This document shows, in pieces, positions 42,001 to 54,000 of a stretch of 64,000 bases of DNA (positions within the stretch are counted from its first letter, which is position 1; every line of letters begins with the position of its first letter). The position numbers and the translations under genes are program-made. Below the pieces are notes generated by a model, which saw only the letters and a list, made by a program, of their open reading frames with translations, did no database searches and was not told where the DNA came from. Source of the stretch: Balanoglossus misakiensis (taxonomy: Eukaryota > Animalia > Hemichordata); NCBI GenBank assembly GCA_040954595.2, contig CM082587.2, forward strand, positions 10,917,403-10,981,402. Direction: 5' to 3'.

Positions 42001-45000
42001 CTGCTGGTGGTGATTCTGGCTGTTGGATTTGTGCTGCTGGTGGTGATTCTGGCTGTTGGATTTGTGCTGCTGGTGGTGATTCTGGCTGTTGGATTTGTGC
42101 TGCTGGCTGTTGCTGTGGTAGTGTGTAAGACACTGGTGATAATTCTGCACTTGTGTTGATGGAACTGTTGGCTGATGGAGTTGCTGGCTGGGGTGATGGG
42201 TGAATGGGATGTGAACCTGAAAAGAAAATGAAATATAGAAGTGTATTGGTTGACATTATTCAATAGTTTTACTTAAGTCATCAGAACACAGGTAAAACAT
42301 AAAAATTAAAAACCTATTGACTACATAATGGCTTTTACCCCTTTTTACAGACACATAGCAAAATTTGGTATTTTTTAACACTGAGGTATCCCTCTCTCCA
42401 TACAAGAAGTACATGAAACAACCACTGAACAAAGGTTAAACTATAATAATTGTCCTAGTCACATTTAAATGACTATGTGTATTCAAATACAAAATCATTA
42501 ACACCATTATTATTAAATAATTATTATATTATACCGTATATTGATGGTGTAAATCACGCTATTTGATTGGTCGAGACACGACACGTGACCGTGATATATT
42601 AGCCATATACCACAGTCATATATCATAGTCAAAGAAAATGCCCTTTTAAAATGTTATATGCAAAGTTTCAATATACTGGCATAATATAATAGCAATAAAA
42701 CACCCCAGCCATGGTATACCACTCGATTTTGACCAGTTCAACTCCATATACGCACTCGCTATCGCTCGTGCGTATATGTCGTGAACTGGTCAAAAATCTC
42801 GTGGTATACCATGGCTGGGGGTGTTTTATTGCTTAAGTAATTGCAAAATTCATAATGACAATGATAGCAATCAAACTGACCAGAGTGGAACAAACTGCTT
42901 GTAACAGGAGAGATAAATACTGAATGGACAGATAAAGAGTGATTGTTTTGATTAAAGGATTGTAAGCAAGAAATTCAGTCTGTATCTCTCCAGTTACAAC
43001 CCGTTTTCCCCTGTTGGTTGGCTTGTTGTTTAAGTATATTTAAGTATATTTAAGTTTGCTAAGACATATTAAATCACGATCACTCCACCACATGGTCGAG
43101 GTTAAACATAGAACTTGGAGAGGTTTCACTGTGATAAAGAAAGTAATACATTGTAATAGGGATATTTCTTACCAAGATCCTCAAAATTTATTGTACTCAG
43201 ATCTTGTGTGAGGTAGTGAGGATCTGATTCATGCTGTATGAATGATAGCACTGCTCCAACTTCTGTGTTTGTGCCTTTATAGAGAAAAGATGAAAATGAC
43301 CTTTGTAAATATTGTAGAACTAAATTGGGTAAATGTACACATACACATGACTGAAAATGCCAAACGTTAAAAACACAAAATCCACACTGACGGCTCAAGA
43401 GGTCAGTACACCACGTATCGTCTAGTATTGAAAGTTGTTGTTTAAGTACAGTCTACTTTAACGTTTTAGACGATACTAGACTCTAGTATCGATAGTATCG
43501 ATACTATCGGATATTTTTGAGGTCCGACATAGTCGGGAAGCAGGCAAAGTTGTTGTTAAAGTGCAGTCTACTTTAACGTTTTAGACGATACTAGACTCTA
43601 GTATCGATAGTATCGATACTATCGGATATTTTTGAGGTCCGACATAGTCGGGAAGCAGGCAAAGTTGTTGTTAAAGTACAGTCTAGTTTAATGTTTTAGA
43701 CGATACTAGACGATAAATATCCGATATCGTATAAATGTGCAATGTCGCGCTGTCCTCTATTTTTGCGCTGTTACTTTTCTCGGAGCACACTCAATATAAA
43801 ATTGTCACGTATCGTATGGTGCATTCAAATGTATTAGATCCTGAAAATTGCCAGCGGAATCATATAAACCTACAAAATGATGTCAGTTGGCTTATACACA
43901 GTTCCTCCACAAACATAACTAACATATCGGGAAAATCATAGATAGTAGGGCGACTGCCGCTTGCTTCCAAGGGGAAAAAACGCAACTCTAAGGTGGTCAC
44001 GTGACCATAATGCGCATCCTACAGCTAATCCCCTCATTCGCACGTCCGAACAATGGGCGATTCCCGACCGTCTTTCTTGAGGGACTGTGGCTTATAAATT
44101 TGACATAGGTGAATTCGACACGACAAACCCAAGTCCAAACTCCCGACAGTGTCTCACATGACACGTACGATGCATCGCAAACAGCAAAAAAAAAAAAAAA
44201 CAAAAAAAAACAAGAAAAGCGCAACAAGTGATGATATCGAGGAATTTACTTCGAATTTGAATCTGCACGAATAATTTTACTGCATGATGCGAATAGAACA
44301 AAAATGTATGTACTGGACCCTGGTGTATGATTTTTACATTTTCTTTTTTACAGTCAAGGCTAAAAACATTTACCTTGTAGACTATGACTCTTCACGATCT
44401 ACATTATAGTTGCAATAAAAGACACGCTTACCTATAATAGAATGCCCAGCAATATCGTTTTCAGGTTGTGGATATTGGGTTGCACCCTCACCAGTCGGAC
44501 AATCAGTTGGCCTACTGACTTCATTATTGCCTGAGAAAAATTGGGCAATATCGCTTTCAAGTTGTGGGTCTCGGGTAACCGCTGCACCCTCACCAGTCGG
44601 ACAATCAGTAGGCCTACTGTCTTCATCATCGCCTGTGAAAAAGTGAGAACAAGTTTAGTAAGCCAAAATATTCTCACTGTTTTGCAGAGAAGTACTTACC
44701 AAGAGACCAGCTGAACAAAATTAAAAACCACTTTTAACAAAAAAACGTCATTTTCGGTACTGTGGTTAATTAAACTTTGTCAGTCGATGTTCGTTTTCAA
44801 GGCCTTCATCTCAAAAGAATGTATAGCTCGTGTAAAACGGATGATTTTGTTTATTGCTGAATCTATACATTCTCAGGAGTAATGTCTAGCAAACTTTCAC
44901 CATTCTAATTAAATAACCGTTTAAATGGTACGTACCTGTCAACTCGACCTGTCCATAATACTGGTAACATGACTTAGCAACGTCTTTCATGCGCGTGACC

Positions 45001-48000
45001 CACGAAGACGTTGAAGCAACCACTTTACCGGGCCGACTGGGGTTGCAGTACGGTGTTTCGGCTGGCCACCATACTGGCTTCATGTCTGGTCTGTCCCACA
45101 AAGGTTGGGCACGATTTGTGGTGCATTTTACCAATGCTGGTAAAAGTTCTCTTACATCATAGTAAGTGAACGAAGAGAGCTTCTTCTTATGGTGGTTTCT
45201 TAGATCTGGCAGTACGCTTTCTGGGGGTTGTTGATCATTATCATCACTAGGATGCGCTGGTACAGTCAGAAATGTTGAAACGTTTGCTTCAAGGGTTCTG
45301 GCAAGTGGCTGGGTGCCATGGATGACAAAAATCCGTTTCTTGGTGACGGGATCGAAAAACGTTGCAACAACTGCAGCTTCAATCTGTGTTTTCGTGTGAA
45401 ATTTGTCAAAGTGTGCAGTCAGTGACTGCCACTGTTGCCTTTGGTACTTCTTTGGGAACTGCATCATGACATAGAGAAGATCGGACAGCCCGGACAAGTG
45501 AAAAATAAAAGTCTTTTGTCCGACGGGCAAGTGACCTTTACCCTGTACTAAACGTGCGAGAACAGGTGTGTTTAACACTAATTGTATGCAAATTGCCGCG
45601 TAGAATGGTGTTTTATACCAAAACGCGCTCCCCACTAAAATATCTCACAGAAAAGTTCTAGGTCGACGCTTCGTGTCTGTTGATGAGCTACAGACGGTCC
45701 TCAACGAAATCGAGGCTACCCTAAACGATCGTCCCTCACCCATCTTTCGTCAGATTCCGAGGATCTTCCACCTTTGACCCCTTATTACATCGCCGTCCTA
45801 TCACCACATTACCATACTACACCGTTGATGATAGCGAGCTAAATGACCCAACTTTCGGCAATAAGAACGCGAACTGGCAAGACTAACATACCAGACCTAT
45901 TATAAAACTATATCATTTGAGTGCTGCACTGAACGAACGTACGATATTTCGGTACATTGGCCTATAATTATGAATATGTGTGAGTTGTTGTAACCACGAA
46001 CTTAATCAATTTCTGATAACTTTAAGTCTCGCCCGACATCACGGCCTTGAATGGCGTTACGGTGTACAAGTCTGTGTGCTGGTCACCGGGTGACGACCTT
46101 ATCGGTAGGAAGTTGTTCGAGAAAAAACTGCAAAATGAATATCATATATGGAGTAGGCCTACAACTTGGGAAAGCAAAAGGTTGTCAACTAAGATGTCAG
46201 TCAACAAGGTTTTAAAATTTGTTTCTGTTGAGCGCTATAACAGAGTTCACAAATGTAGGCAATAATGATCTCCACAAGTTCTTCAGTCAACACGCTACTC
46301 TCATGGAATAAAACCACAGAAAAATACTAGTAGTCAAATTGTCTGTGATAAAACGAACAAGGCAATAACTGAAAACAGGTGTAAATGTTGTTCGTTTTTC
46401 TCACTCCGATTATCGAGCTATTAGTGCTTTTAACCATTCTACTCGGGAGGAAATACCACCGTGAGATATAACTTCCACAGTATTTGTCCACAGTGATTAT
46501 TTATGTTTTAACTCGGTCGAATGTGACGATGAAGTCTTAGTTGAACTTAAATTTCTGTGCCAGTAGGTATACTTTTAGCATAAGTATTGCATCCGATGGG
46601 TCATCATTCTAAATGAGACTGCTTATAAAATGAAACGGTCTTATAAGTTTATTTTCCCTTCTACCGACTCATCCTACATGTCAACCCGATCATAGAGAAA
46701 TATTAGTTGAGTGGCGCAGATTGCCTTGCGCAAAATGAGCGTACCGATGAACCCCGCCCAGACCGATTCACATAGAGCATCTTAGCATCACGTAGACATG
46801 AAGGAAAACCCTTATCAGTAAAACAAAATGAACCCAAAGAATACAACACATAATAAAAATCTCACAAAAAGGGTCAAATAATCGCGGTTTTATCACGTGA
46901 GCCCAAAAACATTTCAAGATTAGGCACAAATGCAAACGTATACACGAAGAAAACGGCATTTCAAACGAGATTAAAAGCAGAAGCGAACGTAATACAGTAC
47001 GAAGTATGTACATGTGTAGGCATCGGGGGCACCCCAAATAAGATAATAAATAAACGACAAACACTATTGGATATGTTAGGTTTTTATTGGTACAACCTTG
47101 AAAAAAATAATTGTCGCAATATGATTGACAGGATCACAGTCACTCCAGGATGAACGACAAAATGATGCAACACCATTAACATTTTTATCAGCAAACATTT
47201 TATTTTAGTCCCGGTGTTGTGCCGAATTCGGCACCATGCCGAATACGTCCCCGCGCATGCCTTGACAAACAAACCATGGCTTCTAAGGGATAAGATCGGC
47301 AGGTAAAGCTGCCGATTTCAGCCCCGTTGCCGATTAAGACCCCAACTAAAGTCATGTTAACTATTGAAAGCTAAAAGTGATGGTTTCGGCCTAAATGGGT
47401 GAATATCTGCCCATGGCCCTGATTTGTTGGTGGAATGAAATTAAATCCTTGCGGTAATGCAATGTCCAAGTTTACAGTGCAGTACAATGTACATTCATGC
47501 ACAGCCTTACATGCACGTTGGATGGCAAAACTTTCACACAAGAAAATGCAATATTTCAGACACATGTTACTGATGACCCGAGCTTTTACTCTTACATAAG
47601 TTTGCGTGCATGAACCATGTTTTGGTTTGCAGTGGAAATTCTAGTCGAAACTACTGCCAACTTAGGGGAGGCATCGGCCGCGCGGTAAGGGCCTGGTCAG
47701 AATTAACAAGGGGGGAGGGCCGGTGCGATTGGGGGGAGGGTCACCATTTCTCATGCAACGGTTTGGGGGAGGGCCGCTACGTTTTGGGCACTTGTCAAGG
47801 GGAGGGTCATTAATTTTTGTGCAAGGATGACACCGATAATGTCAAAAATTTGAAGTGTTACAGAGAAATCCTGAAAAGAGACTTGCGCTCATATAGGCAC
47901 TCCTGTATGGATGTATTGACATCCCTTGTACTACAAAATACATCACACAACTCACAAAACATACACATGTACCAGTATGTGATCTTAAACCCCCTAACCC

Positions 48001-51000
48001 TAACCCTAACCCTAATTAGGGTCCAACGGGCATTAGGGGACCTGAGATTTCGGGCTCTAACCCTACTGCCTTGCCAATGTTTTTTTTACCCCTCCTTTTG
48101 ACACAATGTAGGTAAACATGTAAACAACAACAACAAAAAATATCAACAAAAACAAGTCAACCCTTCCATGTTTTTTAAGGTCGAGTCCCCCAATGCCCAA
48201 CTTATGTCTTGTTTGGCCAAAAAAAGAGGGTTAGAAAAAATTGTTTGGATTTATTTTGTTATCTTTTAGGTTGTTGTTATTGATTTTGGTCCCCTGTCTA
48301 ACCCCAGCCTTTAAAAAAAAACATTTTTAGAAAGGCCAAAAAAATGCCTTGGTGGGTATATGCAAGTTGCTCCAGACGGCAAGTCCAAATTGTGCATGGA
48401 CGGATTTCTTGGTAGGTACTTTTAAATTTTACATAAACCATAACAAACTATATATTTTCAGAAAGGTCTCGGCGAGTTTTATAACATACTAAAATTTGAC
48501 TAACTTTGAACTTGACCTTGAAAAGTTATTGCGGAAAAACCTATTGAAAAAAACATACTTTTTAGGGTACGCGGTGTCACCCCCTTAATATAGTTGGAAA
48601 CCACTGAAAATTACAGGATAGATTGATAATAAGTTGTTTTAATGTGGTGTGGTGAAAAAATTTTGAAATTCGAAGGTCAAGGTCAACTTCGCCATTGCTT
48701 ATAGTTGTTGGTTTACCTATGTCGGATTTCATTATCCTTTGACCTTTGACCTCGAAATTTGGTACACAAGTAGAGTGTCTATCTATAAACTCTTGACAAA
48801 AGTTACATTTAAATATTTTAACATAAAAGCACTTTTTTGACCAAAAAGCAAACTTCTGTAAATTAGCTGTAAATTAGCTTTTTTTTAATATACACTTTGC
48901 TTTTTTAAGATTATTTTTTTATTTTAAGCATTTCAAAGATGAAACTTTCCAGAAACCATCATGAGATGTTCTAGAATATAAAAAAGTTTACACTTTTGAG
49001 ATTGGACGCCATTAAGTATTCCAAATGTTGTTGCAAAATAGACTGAAATAATGCCCATAGACTTAACATGTATAAAAACAAAAGAATAATTTTTTTGGAC
49101 ACTTGGAAATTTTTTTTTAATGTATTTGTTTTGTCTTTTATATATGATATAGAGTAGTAATTGCTCTATTCAAAACACTATTTGGTTTAAAGATCTGATT
49201 TCATTTAGTCTTTTATTTTAATTTATTCTATTGTAATTATGCATGTTCAAGTATAGGGAAAATATTCAGTTTTGCAGGCAGGGCAAAGGGGGGGTAATTA
49301 AACAGCAGGGGATTATGCAATGCAAACACTTGAACTGGCCAGTAACGTTTGAATTCCTCATTTGCATACAGTTTTTCAACTTTTTTCAGAACGAAAGTTC
49401 AGTAACTTGCAACCCATTTCTGACAATTATTTCACCCCAGGCACATTACTGGTACTATGAATGTACTACATGTGATTTTTCATGAAGTTTTATCGAGAAG
49501 AATTTCTTTACTTCCACTGACAAAATTGTGATCACGAAATTCAAAGTGACATTGAAGTTAAAAAATCAAAAAAAAAATATCTGCCATACCCACACAAAAA
49601 TTAACCCCCTCAGGTTTTAGAAACATTATTAAACTCCTCTATTCATAATTTTGTCATGAATATATCCATGCCGTGGGTCAAGGACCACAATTTACAGTGC
49701 CATAGGTCAGTCCTGAGAAGTCAGTCAGCGTGAATAGTGTATAGACTCCGTATGTAATATGCTAATGAGAGTTAACGACGCGTTGAAAAGGAAGCCATTA
49801 CGTCATGGGTTAACATGCGTTGACCTACTTCAATGCATACACATATGGCAAACACGGCTGTACTCGTCGATGGCGAAGGCAATTTTTACACCGTCATTAC
49901 TCCACAACGGAGCGGCTCACACTATTATAATTTCACGGTAACTTAGTTCAATATCTTCCTAACCTACCCAATTTTTTTCAAGACAAGAAATCTTTTCCGT
50001 GAGTCAGGGACCACAATTTCAATCAACATACCGAAACTGTCTTTCTCGGGAACGCGTCGTTAAAACTTCACGAAAAATCATCCTATCATTGACTGTGGTG
50101 TTTCATACACGTCTTAGAAAAATGGATGCACTACGATCACTTGAAGTACCGAAAATCTCCGTTTGAAAATTTTTCCAACCGGCCGTAACTGCCACTCAGT
50201 GACGTTCACATTCAAATAGATCTCTTTGATGTCACCGCCGTAATTACCCCCCCTTTGCCTTGCCTATTTGAGGTTAAGTTTGCATTACTTTTAACACACT
50301 TAAAATCGACGGTCCCAGACCTCGGACCACAGGTGCTCGTGGACTTGTGCTGTCACAGGGGAGATATTCAGAATACTAGCAACAAATGCCAAACTAGCAA
50401 CACCGGCTTTCTTTGAGGGGGCAACCGGCTTTCTTTGAGGGGGCCTACACGTTATCTCTAAAATTGAACGTATATGTACAAGAGAGGTTTAATAGCGATG
50501 CCAAGAAGAAGAAAAATACCAAGACAAGAGCATGACAACAGAAGTTTCAATAGTTTATTTGGCACATAAAAGGCGAAAATTGCGTGCACACTGTACAGAC
50601 ATCGCATATAAAATAACAACACATTTTGATGAGTTTTACCGTGTGTTTTCGGAACGCGAATGCATATAGCAAGGAGAAGACACGGAACGTGCACACGTAC
50701 ATACGCATGGCCTTTGTTTCTAGCTCGTGTTCATGAAGCTGCAGCCTGTCATATGGGTGATGGCACATACATGCTCTGCAGGGTCCGTGAAGTTTGTTAC
50801 TTATTCCTTATTCCTTATTCCTTATTCGAATGTGAAGTTTGTTACTTATTCCTTATTCCTTATTCCTTATTCGAATGCGAAGTTTGTTACTTATTCCTTA
50901 TTCCTTATTCGGATTATGAAGTCTGTGACTTATTCCTTATTCGGATTCTGAAGTCTGTGACTTTTTTCCTTATTCAAAGCTTATTCCTTATTCGAAATCT

Positions 51001-54000
51001 GAAGTCTGTGACTTATTCCTTATTCGAAATCTGAAGTCTGTGACTTATTCCTTATTCGAAATCTGAAGTCTGTGACTTTTTCCTTATTAAAAGCTTATTC
51101 CTTATTCGAATCTGAAGTCTGTGACTTATTCCTTAATCGGATTCTGAAGTCTGTGACTTTTTCCTTATTCAAAGCTTATTCCTTATTCGAAATCTGAAGT
51201 CTGTGACTTTTTCCTTATTCAAAGCTTATTCCTTATTCGAAATCTGAAGTCTGTGACTTATTCCTTATTCGAAATCTGAAGTCTGTGACTTATTCCTTAT
51301 TCGAAATCTGAAGTCTGTGACTTATTCCTTATTCCTTATTCTTTATTCGAATGCGAAGTTTGTTACTTATTCCTTATTCCTTATTCGGATTATGAAGTCT
51401 GTGACTTATTCCTTATTCGGATTCTGAAGTCTGTGACTTTTTTCCTTATTCAAAGCTTATTCCTTATTCGAAATCTGAAGTCTGTGACTTTTTCCTTATT
51501 CGGATTCTGAAGTCTGTGACTTTTTCCTTATTCAAAGCTTATTCCTTATTCGAAATCTGAAGTCTGTGACTTTTTCCTTATTCAAAGCTTATTCCTTATT
51601 CGAAATCTGAAGTCTGTGACTTATTCCTTATTCGAAATCTGAAGTCTGTGACTTTTTCCTTATTAAAAGCTTATTCCTTATTCGGATTCTGAAGTCTGTG
51701 ACTTATTCCTTATTCGAAATCTGAAGTCTGTGACTTTTTCCTTATTCAAAGCTTATTCCTTATTCGAAATCTGAAGTCTGTGACTTTTTCCTTATTCAAA
51801 GCTTATTCCTTATTCGAAATCTGAAGTCTGTGACTTATTCCTTATTCGGATTCTGAAGTCTGTGACTTTTTCCTTATTCAAAGCTTATTCCTTATTCGAA
51901 ATCTGAAGTCTGTGACTTTTTCCTTATTCAAAGCTTATTCCTTATTCGAAATCTGAAGTCTGTGACTTATTCCTTATTCGAAATCTGAAGTCTGTGACTT
52001 ATTCCTTATTCGAAATCTGAAGTCTGTGACTTATTCCTTATTCCTTATTCTTTATTCGAATGCGAAGTTTGTTACTTATTCCTTATTCCTTATTCGGATT
52101 ATGAAGTCTGTGACTTATTCCTTATTCGGATTCTGAAGTCTGTGACTTTTTTCCTTATTCAAAGCTTATTCCTTATTCGAAATCTGAAGTCTGTGACTTT
52201 TTCCTTATTCGGATTCTGAAGTCTGTGACTTTTTCCTTATTCAAAGCTTATTCCTTATTCGAAATCTGAAGTCTGTGACTTTTTCCTTATTCAAAGCTTA
52301 TTCCTTATTCGAAATCTGAAGTCTGTGACTTATTCCTTATTCGAAATCTGAAGTCTGTGACTTTTTCCTTATTCAAAGCTTATTCCTTATTCGAAATCTG
52401 AAGTCTGTGACTTTTTCCTTATTCAAAGCTTATTCCTTATTCGAAATCTGAAGTCTGTGACTTTTTCCTTATTCAAAGCTTATTCCTTATTCGAAATCTG
52501 AAGTCTGTGACTTATTCCTTATTCGGATTCTGAAGTCTGTGACTTTTTCCTTATTCAAAGCTTATTCCTTATTCGAAATCTGAAGTCTGTGACTTTTTCC
52601 TTATTCAAAGCTTATTCCTTATTCGAAATCTGAAGTCTGTGACTTATTCCTTATTCGAAATCTGAAGTCTGTGACTTATTCCTTATTCGAAATCTGAAGT
52701 CTGTGACTTATTCCTTATTCCTTATTCTTTATTCGAATGCGAAGTTTGTTACTTATTCCTTATTCCTTATTCGGATTATGAAGTCTGTGACTTTTTTCCT
52801 TATTCAAAGCTTATTCCTTATTCGAAATCTGAAGTCTGTGACTTTTTCCTTATTCGGATTCTGAAGTCTGTGACTTTTTCCTTATTCAAAGCTTATTCCT
52901 TATTCGAAATCTGAAGTCTGTGACTTTTTCCTTATTCAAAGCTTATTCCTTATTCGAAATCTGAAGTCTGTGACTTATTCCTTATTCGAAATCTGAAGTC
53001 TGTGACTTTTTCCTTATTAAAAGCTTATTCCTTATTCGGATTCTGAAGTCTGTGACTTATTCCTTATTCGAAATCTGAAGTCTGTGACTTTTTCCTTATT
53101 CAAAGCTTATTCCTTATTCGAAATCTGAAGTCTGTGACTTTTTCCTTATTCAAAGCTTATTCCTTATTCGAAATCTGAAGTCTGTGACTTATTCCTTATT
53201 CGGATTCTGAAGTCTGTGACTTTTTCCTTATTCAAAGCTTATTCCTTATTCGAAATCTGAAGTCTGTGACTTTTCTCTTATTCGAAATCTGAAGTCTGTT
53301 GTCACGACTGAGTTTGAACGCTCATAGATCCTTTCTATGATTACGTAAGATGTCATTCACTTGTATTGACATAGGTACTTGACCCAGAGTAAACAAGCTT
53401 GTGTAATTGATACATGTCAGAACTCTATCACTTGCTAAGTTCATGTTTAAGAAATATTAAGATGACGTGTTCCTTTTATGACTTAAGGGACCGTTCAGTT
53501 TTTACGGCCGGGGGGGGGGGACGAAAAACCAATCGAATGTTTATAAGTTCATGTATGTTAGCATCGTTCTGTGAGGAAAGTACTATCAAAGGTCACCGTA
53601 GTTCACCCCAAAATTGGGCAAAACAATTGGACCCCATACTAGTCTAGATCCAACAAAAACCAGACCCCTCTTGTGTAAGACTCCATTATGTGCTCCATCG
53701 GCCCCCCAAAAGCCAGGACTCTAACTGCTGTGGATGCTGAGATATGGGAAAGAAGATCAAAGGTCATCCAAGGTCACCCAAAATTTGGGGAAAAATTTTG
53801 ACCCCATACTGGTCCATGTCCAACAAGAATGAAACCTCTAGCCCTATTGGTTAGCCTGGAATAAGTTATGCACATAATTAATGAGATAAGCAGGTGTCAC
53901 AGGTAACCCCCAATTTTGGCTTTTCAATTTTAGTCCCAACCCTCCAAACGCCAAGTCTGTACCTGCTCTGGGTGCCGAGATATAGGAAAGTAGGTCAAAA

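Noticed and set aside
41574-42263. Overlapping ORFs (HHQQHKSNSQN, VVILAVGFVLL, TTSSTNPTARI repeats)
   Set aside because: Alternative-frame and antisense shadows of the 33-bp coding repeat; only the QQPESPPAA frame is consistent with the splice phase.
44886-45635. Host NRF1 orthologue
   Set aside because: Too divergent from the highly conserved NRF1/ewg/P3A2 sequence and enclosed by transposon TIRs; no gene symbol assigned.
47684-47815. Complete Harbinger-like MITE starting TAA|GGGCCTGGTCAG
   Set aside because: No matching opposite terminus found, so boundaries cannot be supported.
50660-51034. ORFs with repeated FECEVCYLFLIPYS (zinc-finger-like)
   Set aside because: Translation artefact of the foldback satellite.
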